Source: Candidatus Thorarchaeota archaeon (GTDB taxonomy: Archaea; Asgardarchaeota; Thorarchaeia; Thorarchaeales; Thorarchaeaceae). From it: a DNA stretch of 64,000 nucleotides. The DNA lies in assembly GCA_046482545.1 (NCBI GenBank), contig JAWOEX010000035.1:1-64000 (forward strand). The letters are read 5' to 3'. Positions 1 through 10,015 of the stretch are shown in pieces. The position numbers and the translations under genes are program-made. Under the pieces are notes generated by a model, which was not told the origin of the DNA, did no database searches, and saw only the letters and a list, made by a program, of their open reading frames with translations. Positions within the stretch are counted from its first letter, which is position 1, and every line of letters begins with the position of its first letter.

Positions 1-224
1 TTGTACGCGCAGTCCCCTGGATGACATCCGACAATAAGCACACCGTCAGCCCCTTCCTGCAAGGCCTTCAAAATAAAATTGAGATCAAGCCGCGCTGTGC
101 ACGGCATCCGGATGATCCTCGCGCTCACATCGTACTGCAACTTCATGGTTCCTGCTAGGTCTGCTGCTGCGTAACAGCACTGCATACAGCCCATCGCGAT
201 GATTTTCATGTCTTTCGGGGGCAT
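1..224 (-). CDS. mvhD: MvhD/FlpD-type hydrogenase iron-sulfur subunit (runs off the window edge; not in the ORF track)
   Basis: Manual translation of the minus strand from ATG at 224: MPPKDMKIIAMGCMQCCYAAADLAGTMKLQYDVSARIIRMPCTARLDLNFILKALQEGADGVLIVGCHPGDCAY. This matches MvhD motifs (CxxCxYxxAD, RxxCxxR, GADGV..GC..GDC). Confidence 0.9.
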   Translation of the reverse strand, partial: MPPKDMKIIAMGCMQCCYAAADLAGTMKLQYDVSARIIRMPCTARLDLNFILKALQEGADGVLIVGCHPGDCAY

Positions 225-289
225 TAATCGAAACCTTCCGCAGGACTAGGAGAGGCGCTATCATTCCTGCCATATAATCTTTCAGATAG

Positions 290-870
290 GATTCAGTATA
301 CTTGGCTATTTTCATCTAACCATTTCGCAATGAGATCTACACACTCTTCTCCTAGTTTGTACTCACTGTTGTGCTTCTCAAAATCTCGACTGGAATTTCC
401 AACCATCCTCGTTTAGGTATTGACTAACAGTTGGATGACTCTTTCCTATTTCAGAAGTAATCAGAGCCCTTCTTGCATTCAGGGTAATAATCAAGGAGAG
501 GAAGAATAATACCAATTGGGTTTTCCAGATCATCTCTAGTAGTTCAACCTTCTTCAGGGTCTATTCAATACTCAGACGATGCTTCTATCAAATCGGTAAC
601 CAATAAAAGGATTCGATGTTTCTGCCGTACCATTTTCAATTCTGTTTGTAAACTTAGTAGATCAAGATATGCGTGTTTCAAATCCTGGATTCCATCAGCT
701 TATATCTCAGGTTCTAACTCGTCAGATCTAAGTCTCAGAGTAATTTCACGTTCATCATTATCCCTAGTCTACCATCCGACTTCGAGTCCGCCTTCACTTC
801 TTATCAATGGTTCTGGTTTACAAAATCGATTCATATTCGATTCTTCAATGGGATGTCTCGGATGCATGCA
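290..870 (-). pseudogene. Possible decayed gene with an HTH-like remnant
   Basis: Protein-like minus-strand translation broken by several stops; contains EIGKSHPTVSQYLNE, which resembles an HTH recognition helix. Confidence 0.25.
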
Positions 871-873
871 CCA

Positions 874-1300
874 ACCTGTTTCAGGTCTGAGTAGAGGGTG
901 AGTGAACCTCCCCAGAAACCTTCAACTCCCGTGTTCCACCCTTCTCATGACGGCTGTCACCAGCGGACTCCGGGACCCCTCCCGAAGCCTGTACACGAGC
1001 TTTATCCGGGTCAGACCCGGATGGAGCTTCACTCCGCTGCGCTAAATTGCCACGACTATCAGCAGCCTTGTGGGCGTCGGTGGCGGCAGACGGTTGTTCC
1101 ACGGTTCTTACCACGGCGGGGTCGGTAGCGCTCACAAACTCCATGATGGATGTCTGATCATAGCACTCAGCCGCGGACCGCCCCCCTGAAGCTGATATCT
1201 CCGAGAGCGGTAAGGATTTCTCGTTAGAGGCAGAGCTCCTTCGAGCCTTCAAGCTTGACTGCTCCCTCTCATGAGGTAACAGCCAACGCTCTAATCCTGT
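874..1300 (-). ncRNA. Putative omega-RNA scaffold overlapping the tnpB 3' tail; guide would follow at ~854-873
   Basis: Collinear nucleotide motifs shared with the protein-less copy at 23546-23977 (TCCGCGGCTG, CGCCGTGGTAAG, GGATAAAGC, GAAGGGTGGAA, terminal GAAACAGGT). Similarity stops abruptly after GAAACAGGT. Confidence 0.65.
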
Positions 1301-2752
1301 CTCATCCCCAAGTGAAGGAATGAGCTTGATTACTCGGCGCGCGATATTGATGGCGCCGTTCTTGTCGGCATTACACCGGTATCCACAAGTTGGGCATATG
1401 AAAAGCGACTGTTTGGGACGGACACCCTTGTGCCCACACTTATGACAAGTAATGGAAGTCCAAGACTCTGACACGGGGATGAAATGAGAGTCTTCTCCGT
1501 CGACGTTCCATCCTTCTTGAGCAAGTGAGCGTTTAAGATTCTCACTCACTCGCGCAAAGGTCCAACGCGCTATTTTCTTTCTGAAACTCTTACTTTTGCC
1601 GCTGCTTCTTCTTGCGCTCCTGCGAATATGTGTCAGGCGCCCAATAGCTACATAGAGATTGTACTTCGTTGATAGTTCCAGAATGTGATTGGTAAGATTC
1701 CGTACTAGCACACCGTCGTGGTCAATACTGATATTCAATCGTCGGCCGCTAAGTTCCTTGAGACGTTCAGCGACACCTTCATAGTCGCGTCCGGTATTCT
1801 TTCGCCTGTTCATCTCTTGTTGAAGGCTATCAACCATTTCGTCATATCGCTTGATTTGTTTGATCTTTTCTGGCTGGGTGAAGTAGCGGACGTATCTCAC
1901 ACGTTCCTCTGTGAGTACTGCAGAGCAAACAGCTTTGTCGATTCCAAGATCAATGCCCATGACTGCAGACGGCAACCCAGTCATATCAACTGCTGACACT
2001 TCTACTCTAACCGCAAAAACAGCCCACCATTTTCGGGATGAATCCTTGAATAGCCTCAGGGATGTCGCTTGCCCTCCATCCAACCTGTTGAGATGGTAGG
2101 AGGACGGATTGAGAGGGATTATCAATCTATCATGAGTCCAGCTGTCTGTCTTTGCTGAATCCAGAGAGTCAATCAAATCCAGCCAGTATTTTGTCTCTTG
2201 GTTCGGTCGATAATGGAGTTTGAACCGTCTTGTGTGGATGTATCGTGGTAGCTTTCTGGCCCTATAACTTCGAGAGTGAAGTGGGGGCATTCCATCAAGC
2301 TCAAGATAGCTGTTCCACATCGCAACAGCAACTCGCCTACACTCCTGCAGTTCGTTCACTGAGATATTCGGAAATCTTTTCTTGAAATCGTGAGGGACGG
2401 ATAGCCTTCTCTTTGAGGGTTCCTTAAACCTCTCTGCTGTTAGGGTCAATTTCTCAAGTTTTGATCCATTGATGCTCTTCTTCCTCTTACCAATAATCAA
2501 TTCCTTTTCGTGACGCGCAATGATGCCCAAGAAAGCGGTGATAACTCGTGTGTCCCTTCCGGTTATTCTTTCGAGCCGTTTCTGTTCAGCATCAGTCATG
2601 GCATTCCACTTGATGGGGACTTTGACGCTTATTGTTGTAGTTTCTGTGGGAGCCATGTGTATCACGTTTGAAACTAATAAACCTCCGACCTGTTTTGGGT
2701 CAGAAGAGAGTTCACTCATCTCCTTATTCCGAAGAGGAGTGATAACCTCCAC
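881..2752 (-). CDS. tnpB: TnpB/Cas12f-like RNA-guided endonuclease with rearranged RuvC site (probable start at 2656)
   Basis: RuvC-I GIDLG (D268), RuvC-II position is G (VAIG371RL), alternative Glu in VSE429SWTS, zinc ribbon CHKC...CPTC, RuvC-III NAD463KNGAINIA. A TATA-like TTTATTAG lies just upstream of the ATG at 2656. No tnpA nearby. Confidence 0.9.
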   Translation of the reverse strand: MEVITPLRNKEMSELSSDPKQVGGLLVSNVIHMAPTETTTISVKVPIKWNAMTDAEQKRLERITGRDTRVITAFLGIIARHEKELIIGKRKKSINGSKLEKLTLTAERFKEPSKRRLSVPHDFKKRFPNISVNELQECRRVAVAMWNSYLELDGMPPLHSRSYRARKLPRYIHTRRFKLHYRPNQETKYWLDLIDSLDSAKTDSWTHDRLIIPLNPSSYHLNRLDGGQATSLRLFKDSSRKWWAVFAVRVEVSAVDMTGLPSAVMGIDLGIDKAVCSAVLTEERVRYVRYFTQPEKIKQIKRYDEMVDSLQQEMNRRKNTGRDYEGVAERLKELSGRRLNISIDHDGVLVRNLTNHILELSTKYNLYVAIGRLTHIRRSARRSSGKSKSFRKKIARWTFARVSENLKRSLAQEGWNVDGEDSHFIPVSESWTSITCHKCGHKGVRPKQSLFICPTCGYRCNADKNGAINIARRVIKLIPSLGDETGLERWLLPHEREQSSLKARRSSASNEKSLPLSEISASGGRSAAECYDQTSIMEFVSATDPAVVRTVEQPSAATDAHKAADSRGNLAQRSEAPSGSDPDKARVQASGGVPESAGDSRHEKGGTRELKVSGEVHSPSTQT

Positions 2753-2910
2753 ACATTCTATGGTATTTCAACTAATAAACCTATGAAGATTGCAGACCTA
2801 ACAGACACTTAAAATTGGTTTAGAGGCCTCACAGAGCCTCAATATTGAAATAAAGCAATAGTCGTATCACCCGAAGAATCACATATAAGTTATTAATAGA
2901 TTGTATTTTC

Positions 2911-5900
2911 ATGGCTCGCCTAACTTCGCCCCGCAACCCGAACAAGGTCCTCATTACGGCCTTCAAGCGAGGGATGGCATCCACACTGGCCCTTGCCAGA
3001 GACAGAGCTACGGGCGAAGCAAGATCACTCTACTATGGCGAGGGGGAACGCATCAAGGGTATGGCGAGAATCTGGGAAGAAGCTACTGCAGATTACAGTA
3101 GAGCCATCGAGGAGGGTGAGCGTGCGTACAATGAAGCCCTTGTAGAAGCAAAACGAGCCCACAGGGAGACTGCAGGGCAGGAAGGGCATGCTACGGCAGT
3201 TGAAGCAGCTGAAGAACGGCTACGAAAAATCCTGGCGAACAAACCTCGGCCGGATGTCAGGCATCTGCTTGAAGCCGAGAACAACATCAGGCGCAACTAC
3301 TACAAGATTATGCTCAAGACCTCGGTGAAGTACGGCAACACGGAGACCAAACGAATCAGGAAGGGAGAGGGGAATCAGGGGTACCTGAACCTCCTGTGGG
3401 ATTATGTTGGAAGTAGGATTCGTAATATATGCAAGGTGCGCTATCCATTTCCGCGGGCGACCAAGCTGGTTCTTGAGGATGGCAGGGAAGAAACTGGTTA
3501 TCCTGCGCTTGGGGGGCATCCCGCCTATCCACTGATCCACAGCGGTCTTCCCGAGCTTGATTTTGGGGACATGATGCGCAGCCACCTCATCGAGCTTGGT
3601 AGACAGTGTCTGAAGTATCACGTTTCCCTCAAGAAGGCCAAGCGGTATGTTGACGAACTGGTTCACAGACTCGTGCCATTCCTTGACTACGTTTTCACCA
3701 ATGGACGGACGGGGCGGCCAAACTTCATCAAGGAAGGAACAGCGGAACTGCGAACTGTCGTTGACAGAATAAGTGTCAGATTCGGGATGAGAAACGGGCG
3801 ACCGCCTTCCATCACTGCCAGCATCGCAGAGGAAGTGAAGAAAGAAAGGGAGTTTGTGTCGGAGGACTATCGTCATGATCCATCGGAGGCCCGAGTCCAT
3901 CCTGAGGAGTTTGATGTTGATGCGAACGGGTTTCTGGAAGAGCAGGACATTGCTTTTGATGATAAGGTAAAGGAAGCTGATGTAAAACGGCTCCTCCACA
4001 CACTGCAGAGACGTGCAGAACGTGAAGGAATTGCTACCGATAGCGAGTCTTTTGGGGAATTTGAACGCTTGTTGAAAGAGGGACTTCTGGGAATCGACGA
4101 TGCCGAAGAGATTCTGAGCAGAGCTGCGGAAGAAAGCAGGCGAGTGGGTTCATCATTTCACAGATTCGTATCTCACGCATTCCCTAGCCCGTTCAAGTTC
4201 ACTTCTGTTGTCTATCATGGGGATGAGATGATATATGACAAGTCAGGGATGCTACTGACATCCGAACTGAGCATAGCCAATGGAAGGGGGCGTGCTGATC
4301 TTGTTCTCTTCAGAAGAAAGACGCTGCATCGTGCAGATGATGCGCGATCTCAAACCATCTACGAACCATGCATGGTTGTTGACCTTAAAACCAAGAGCGC
4401 CTATGACCTCGGCATCTGTGGGGTTGAATCTGAATCAGAAGAGAAGGAGAATGTAGTCAGTGAATTTCTCTTGAACCGCCGGTTGATGATTGATGATGAG
4501 TGGTCCGCGGTTTTGAAGGCAATGCCAGACAAGCATGTCAAAAAGCAAGTTGATGCCTATGCCAAGGGCATTCTTGCCGAGTATGAGCAGGTTGCACAAA
4601 CTGACCTACGACGACCTAGTGAAATTATCAAGGCTGTAGTGGTAGTTGATTCCAAAGAGAATTGGGAGAGAGTTCGGGATGCCTTACTGCCGCTCATTCT
4701 TGATGCATGCAAGAGGTCCGTGGAGGGTGAATTAGAAGAAGAGGATATTCTTCAACCCCGTGAGAACGATGCGTATCTAAGAATGGCAATGCTCATTCTA
4801 TCTGAGCAGTGTCAGACTACCGATATCAATCCAGTAGACTGGATAAGAAGATTGGATCCCTTTAGATATAGGATAGATGATGGAAAGCAGTTCATTCTAT
4901 ATCTGTCAGTCTCCGGCAGAGCAACACCACTAGAATCTGCAGCAGCAGTAGCAGCGAAATTTCACGGACTCAAGTATCTGTATGAGTTGGCGTACTACAA
5001 GCATAGAGATATCGTCTGGGTCGACTTGGATGGAGAATATGCAGATTCGGTGCTAAGAGAACATCGACTGAAACTAAGGTATCACAACGACTCTGTGAAG
5101 CGTTTCTTCAGAAAGCGAGTAGAAATGGTAGACTTGTCATCAACAGTGATGAAAATAGTGTATAGAGGCGGCACGATTCAAGATCTGCAGCAAAAATGTA
5201 GGGATGTAATCAGTAACAAGAGGCGCCCTATTATTGTCGTGAGCGGATGGGATTCACTCTGGTCTGCTACGCCTTATTCTTCCCAGGGATTGCTTGATAA
5301 CTTGGTTTTCTCTGTTATATCAGAAGTTCCAGAAGAGAGCATCATACTCTGGTTCGGAAGCCCAGTTCCATTGTCACAAAGCAGTCCGCTCTATGAAACA
5401 AGATGTGTTGCACCATTCTATGAAAAGACGCACTGGCAGCACTTTGTTGATAGAATCGTGTGGAACTTGCCGTTGCCCCCGTATAGAACAGGTGCTACTG
5501 CCCCTGCAGATGACCACATCAGAGTTCTAGTGGTAGAAAGAGACAATGGCAACCAACCTGAAACCGAGCTTGTACGTATCGAGCCCCTAAAAGGATGGGG
5601 AGAGGCATTCAGGTCAGGAGGGGGGCAATATTGGGACATTCAATTGTATCAGAAAGGGCATCCGTCATCTGTTACTTCTGTCAGCAAATACTCTGAAGAA
5701 GATATCACAGAAGCGATGAATTTGTTGCCCCATCTCAGCTTTCAGCCACCAGAAGTTTGGAGCTGTCCAATTGCGGACTTGGAAATCGATAGTATGGAAG
5801 AGACAGGGGATCCGGTCAACCCAGCCCGCTTGCCGGATCGAATTAGATTTTCTCCGCGAGAATATACAGATCGACTCCACTCTGATGGCCGGATTAAACG

Positions 5901-8802
5901 GTTGTTACCGATTCAGGATATCAAACGGAAACGAGAGTATCGGGAGACCAGCTTAGGGGTTAAGGAACCAGACCGAGTCACAAGGCCACCTCCCGAAGGG
6001 CTGCTGTCATATAAGACCATTGAGGGGCAAAGAATAGATCCAATGGAAATAAGGGCACTGCGAGATACGATACGCTTTCTTCGAAGTAGATATCCTGGTT
6101 CCAGTTCGTTTTCAAATATGCTTGGTACAATCGAGAAGATACTAAAGACTGGCAATGGAATTTCCTCCATCAATCAACTCAGAATGGTACGTAGAGTACT
6201 TGAAGATGATAAGCTATGTAGCAAGGCATGGAAACGACTGAAATCCATTCGATTGGGTTCGTTCCACTCACTTACTTATTTCCAGCGAGAGCATGTCAAA
6301 CAACTCGTTTCACAATATCCAGATTTGATGTTAATCACGGGCAATCATCTTTTTCTCCTGATTCTTGCAGCGGTGCATGATAGAGTCGGAGATTTGTACA
6401 GAAGAACTTGGGAGCTCCTATGGGATTATGTTTTCCCTTGGCATCTTACAGGATTGGGAATGTGTCCCACTTACCCTGACGATAATCCGTATGGGCGGTC
6501 TGTACTGGATAGAAGGACTGTATTGAGAAGGCTCAGGTCTAGGGCCATTGCCATCAATAGGCTGTTGGATAATGAGGAGAGTCCTAGAAAAATACGGATG
6601 GGGCATCTAATCATACAACCAATTTCAGGGCAACGTATGCCACTTTGGTTGATCTTTCAACATGCAACAGGTAGCCGCGAAATGAATGCTGCTTTGCTCA
6701 CACCTGTGAGAATAGATCCTACAACAAATCCGCAGAAAGTGCTTACAAGCTTGGCATCGGGAGACACGCATTGGAGTGAAAGCAAAATTGATAGACTATC
6801 TCAATTTGCTAGACCAGGAGAGGGGGACACAGCAACTCCAATCATGGTGGCTGAGTATCGTGAGTCAGACGTGCTATGGATTCTGAATCAGAAAGAGACC
6901 TCTTGGTTGCCAGTTGGATACATTCAGTATACTACTCGCAAAATCGAGGATGTAACTCTTGTTAGAACGATAACACTACGGTCGGGATATAATCTTGAGC
7001 CCATTCCCTTGGAAAGAGTAGCTGAACAGACCTCGAAGGTGGAGAGCATTGTTGCGATAGCGAGGCTGATAGTAAACAAGGCGTTCCTAGAATGCAGAAA
7101 TGTCACGTGTCATGTTTCATTAGACCGCGAAAACGGGAAATATCATCTAGGATTCTCTGATTCACGAGCTGATGTACAAGATGATGAGTTAGGGACACTA
7201 TCTGCCAAAAGAACATCAGATGTAATTGAACTGCTTAGAAGGCCGGATGCTGATTGTGAACCAGTAGTCATCAATGGGGAGAAATTGATTTGGAGTAGGT
7301 TCACGGGTATTGTCTATCATGGTGATGCAAGGATAATCAGGCCGTGGGTGGAACGCAAATCTCCCCTAAAGGGGAGTTCATTTGAACTGCCAGATTCAGC
7401 TGAGCAGATAATACATACAAAGCGAGTAGAAGTTAATCTAGAGGTGTATCACGATGCTGATGTCTGTCCACTTGCAGGCCTATCAAAGAAGCAGATTAAC
7501 GATTTCTTGATTGATATCGAGGAGAATCCAAATCAATATGCAGCTTGGGCTGATGAGATGATTGGGCAGCCAGATGTATTCCTAAGCGAATCGGTTCACC
7601 GACATGGAATCTGTTGGGGAGTCACAATAAGAAGCAATGAGGATTTGCCAGTCATATTCGATTCGCTTCATTTCACCAGATTGGGTGGGCCTGAATTGGG
7701 AACCCTCATCAAGACGGGGATGCTTGCGCACAAGACAGATTCTACATGGGTTATTTACGAGTTCGTAGTTCCAGAAGTTAGTAGTTTGCCAACAGAAATC
7801 AAAGAAAGTATTTTTCTCTTGAATGCATACAGAGACACCGTTCCGAAAATCATGGAGACTATTCAGGTTCCAAGAACCTACAGGCTCCCGCGTGAGGAAA
7901 TGTGGAAAGTCCACCTCTCTTGGCGAGAAGATGAAATCAATTGGGGGGCAACATCACAAGAAACAGATACATCATACAGCAACACATCCTTCACGATTCG
8001 GTTGTATCCGAAGAAGAGCCTTGGTGTAATGTTGAATGAAATCCTAGGACAAATCACATCCAATATTCCCCGAAAGAATATCCTAGGGTTTAATGATCTT
8101 AGAAAAGACATCATCTCTAGGCTATCGAAGAGAGGATACGAACCCGAGAATCATTTCGAAATTTATCTTCGAAAATGTGATGAGGGTTTTGAATATTCCA
8201 TTGAGAAAGTCCCGAAAAGCTGGCCAAGCAGAACCCGATGGTATACCTTCGTCATAGAAGAAGAATGGGAATTAGAGGAGATACAAGATTCACTCATGCG
8301 GGAACTGGAAGGACATGGAGCCTCTGATTACGAAATTGTCAACCAATCTGATTTTATTGAGAATCTCCGGAGGATACTTGAAGGACTCCAGGGTCACAGC
8401 AAACAAGAATCAACTGATACAATTCAGGCAAAAGCAGTCGGCCCAATGACTCTTGCTATGAAGTACACCAATATGCGTAATAGAGCAAGGACGTTCATTC
8501 AAGATGGGAAGCATGATGAAGCACTAGAAACGATTGACAATATTGTTATGCTACTTGATGGAGCAAAAAGTCATACTGAAATTATGAGAGGTTATTTGTT
8601 AGATATTTTCATTTTGAAAGCGGAGATTCTCGTGAATAGAGTTGAAGAGGCCAAGCCCAGCCCCGGTAGGATATTGTCAATTCTTGATAGGATTCATGAA
8701 GTAGCAATGGAGATGCCAGGACGACTTCAGAGTGCAAGAAGTGAACTGGGAAAGCGTTTGAGATGGGCATTGGCAATTCGAGATAGGCTGATGGAAAAAT
8801 AG
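2911..8802 (+). CDS. Giant uncharacterised protein (1963 aa) with a PD-(D/E)XK/RecB-like nuclease motif and a degenerate P-loop-NTPase-like region
   Basis: Long uninterrupted ORF. Motifs SEL...GRADLV...VVDLKTK...KQVDAY, then IVWVDLDGEY and PIIVVSGWDSL without an intact Walker A. C-terminus is helical and TPR-like. Confidence 0.85.
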   Translation: MARLTSPRNPNKVLITAFKRGMASTLALARDRATGEARSLYYGEGERIKGMARIWEEATADYSRAIEEGERAYNEALVEAKRAHRETAGQEGHATAVEAAEERLRKILANKPRPDVRHLLEAENNIRRNYYKIMLKTSVKYGNTETKRIRKGEGNQGYLNLLWDYVGSRIRNICKVRYPFPRATKLVLEDGREETGYPALGGHPAYPLIHSGLPELDFGDMMRSHLIELGRQCLKYHVSLKKAKRYVDELVHRLVPFLDYVFTNGRTGRPNFIKEGTAELRTVVDRISVRFGMRNGRPPSITASIAEEVKKEREFVSEDYRHDPSEARVHPEEFDVDANGFLEEQDIAFDDKVKEADVKRLLHTLQRRAEREGIATDSESFGEFERLLKEGLLGIDDAEEILSRAAEESRRVGSSFHRFVSHAFPSPFKFTSVVYHGDEMIYDKSGMLLTSELSIANGRGRADLVLFRRKTLHRADDARSQTIYEPCMVVDLKTKSAYDLGICGVESESEEKENVVSEFLLNRRLMIDDEWSAVLKAMPDKHVKKQVDAYAKGILAEYEQVAQTDLRRPSEIIKAVVVVDSKENWERVRDALLPLILDACKRSVEGELEEEDILQPRENDAYLRMAMLILSEQCQTTDINPVDWIRRLDPFRYRIDDGKQFILYLSVSGRATPLESAAAVAAKFHGLKYLYELAYYKHRDIVWVDLDGEYADSVLREHRLKLRYHNDSVKRFFRKRVEMVDLSSTVMKIVYRGGTIQDLQQKCRDVISNKRRPIIVVSGWDSLWSATPYSSQGLLDNLVFSVISEVPEESIILWFGSPVPLSQSSPLYETRCVAPFYEKTHWQHFVDRIVWNLPLPPYRTGATAPADDHIRVLVVERDNGNQPETELVRIEPLKGWGEAFRSGGGQYWDIQLYQKGHPSSVTSVSKYSEEDITEAMNLLPHLSFQPPEVWSCPIADLEIDSMEETGDPVNPARLPDRIRFSPREYTDRLHSDGRIKRLLPIQDIKRKREYRETSLGVKEPDRVTRPPPEGLLSYKTIEGQRIDPMEIRALRDTIRFLRSRYPGSSSFSNMLGTIEKILKTGNGISSINQLRMVRRVLEDDKLCSKAWKRLKSIRLGSFHSLTYFQREHVKQLVSQYPDLMLITGNHLFLLILAAVHDRVGDLYRRTWELLWDYVFPWHLTGLGMCPTYPDDNPYGRSVLDRRTVLRRLRSRAIAINRLLDNEESPRKIRMGHLIIQPISGQRMPLWLIFQHATGSREMNAALLTPVRIDPTTNPQKVLTSLASGDTHWSESKIDRLSQFARPGEGDTATPIMVAEYRESDVLWILNQKETSWLPVGYIQYTTRKIEDVTLVRTITLRSGYNLEPIPLERVAEQTSKVESIVAIARLIVNKAFLECRNVTCHVSLDRENGKYHLGFSDSRADVQDDELGTLSAKRTSDVIELLRRPDADCEPVVINGEKLIWSRFTGIVYHGDARIIRPWVERKSPLKGSSFELPDSAEQIIHTKRVEVNLEVYHDADVCPLAGLSKKQINDFLIDIEENPNQYAAWADEMIGQPDVFLSESVHRHGICWGVTIRSNEDLPVIFDSLHFTRLGGPELGTLIKTGMLAHKTDSTWVIYEFVVPEVSSLPTEIKESIFLLNAYRDTVPKIMETIQVPRTYRLPREEMWKVHLSWREDEINWGATSQETDTSYSNTSFTIRLYPKKSLGVMLNEILGQITSNIPRKNILGFNDLRKDIISRLSKRGYEPENHFEIYLRKCDEGFEYSIEKVPKSWPSRTRWYTFVIEEEWELEEIQDSLMRELEGHGASDYEIVNQSDFIENLRRILEGLQGHSKQESTDTIQAKAVGPMTLAMKYTNMRNRARTFIQDGKHDEALETIDNIVMLLDGAKSHTEIMRGYLLDIFILKAEILVNRVEEAKPSPGRILSILDRIHEVAMEMPGRLQSARSELGKRLRWALAIRDRLMEK

Positions 8803-8949
8803 CACGAATTGATAGTAGATAACCAGCTATACTGCTTTTGTCCGGCATCATTGGAGCCCAGCTCTTCTTCCGGTCGTAGCATCCTTCTGCTGTTGTTGTA
8901 TACTAAGGGTGCCACACCTTGGGCCGTCACGGTACTAAGCCAAGAATGC

Positions 8950-8972
8950 AGGAAAAAGAAGGTCTATAAGGT
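8950..8972 (+). promoter_or_regulatory. BRE/TATA promoter of ncRNA copy 1
   Basis: Purine run GAAAAAGAAGG followed by TCTATAAG about 21 nt before the stem start; conserved in copy 2. Confidence 0.6.
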
Positions 8973-8990
8973 TTCTTAACTATAATAAAT

Positions 8991-9220
8991 TGGCCGCCTG
9001 AGTAAGGCACCAACGACTGACAAGCTAAGTCGGTTCATGTTGGGTTTGATTCCCAATCCGGTCAAAAGGGGATTAAGCATGAAAAACGGCATGGATGGCT
9101 GATCGACACATAGCGTGACTGAGTGACAATCGTCAATTCGGTAGACGGTTGTCACAGCGATGTTATGCAAAATGTGAGGTAAAAGCCGATAGTTGGTTGA
9201 GGTCTAAGCTCAGGCGGCTA
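8991..9220 (+). ncRNA. Unrecognised ~230-nt structured ncRNA, copy 1
   Basis: 13-bp terminal stem (8991-9003 with 9208-9220) and several internal helices whose pairing is kept in copy 2. Flanked by a promoter and a pyrimidine tract. Confidence 0.75.
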
Positions 9221-9591
9221 TCTTCTCTTCCGGCTGATGTCATTCCCTTCATGTTAACGTTCATATTTTTGAAAAATAGAAATTCGTGCACTAGTTTCCT
9301 GCCAGTTTTAAGCAGCTAGAAAGGATGCACCATATGGTGTGTCAGATACGTCAGGATAATTGAGAACGCTTTGGATGCCTGCATCGAACTACCTCAGATT
9401 TGACGGGAATATGACCAAATCTCCTTGTGAACGTCCAACTCAATCGCCCCCAATCTACTCGGGTTAGCTGCTATCAATAACAAACCGTCACTGAAGATTA
9501 CCGGCTGACTGGAGGAATTATGTCGGAGTTCTATTTGAGGAATACTTTATCTTTGCAGCCGCACAAAATACGGTAAAGGTGATAGTGAAAC

Positions 9592-9864
9592 ATGGCTTAT
9601 GCAGGTAGCGCAGCAGGTGCTGGTGCAGCAGCAGCAAATCGTAGCAGCTCATATCGAGTGAAATTTGAAAGAAAGGAGTTTCTTCAGCTAGTAGCCCGTG
9701 CCGAGCCTGAGCGAATATATCAGACTGGGCGGATGCATTTCTTTGCATTTGATGGGTTCGTGATGTACACCTTCGAATGTGAGGACGATGACTTCAGACA
9801 GAGGGTATTTCATGCCGAGGAATTTTCAAATAGGCCGTGGGCAGAAAGAGGGGGGATATGGTAA
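9592..9864 (+). CDS. Small hypothetical protein
   Basis: 90-aa ORF with protein-like composition and a GGTGA RBS-like site upstream. Confidence 0.6.
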   Translation: MAYAGSAAGAGAAAANRSSSYRVKFERKEFLQLVARAEPERIYQTGRMHFFAFDGFVMYTFECEDDDFRQRVFHAEEFSNRPWAERGGIW

Positions 9865-10015
9865 TATCAGTCTATTCAGTGAAACTATTCAAGTTGTGAA
9901 CTCGCCCCTTTAGGAAGGTGTGTTCTTTTCGGCGGCATAATCACAAGAGTGTGGGCAGTCCTGAAACCGGGTATTATATTCTAATCGGCTCTATTTCACC
10001 ACAGGTGGGCATCCA

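Noticed and set aside
85-315. 76-aa ORF in the track
   Set aside because: Wrong frame; the overlapping frame from 224 encodes a clear MvhD.
881-2752. Nuclease-dead TnpB
   Set aside because: The missing RuvC-II Glu is plausibly replaced by E429 and both Asp residues are intact, so inactivity cannot be claimed.
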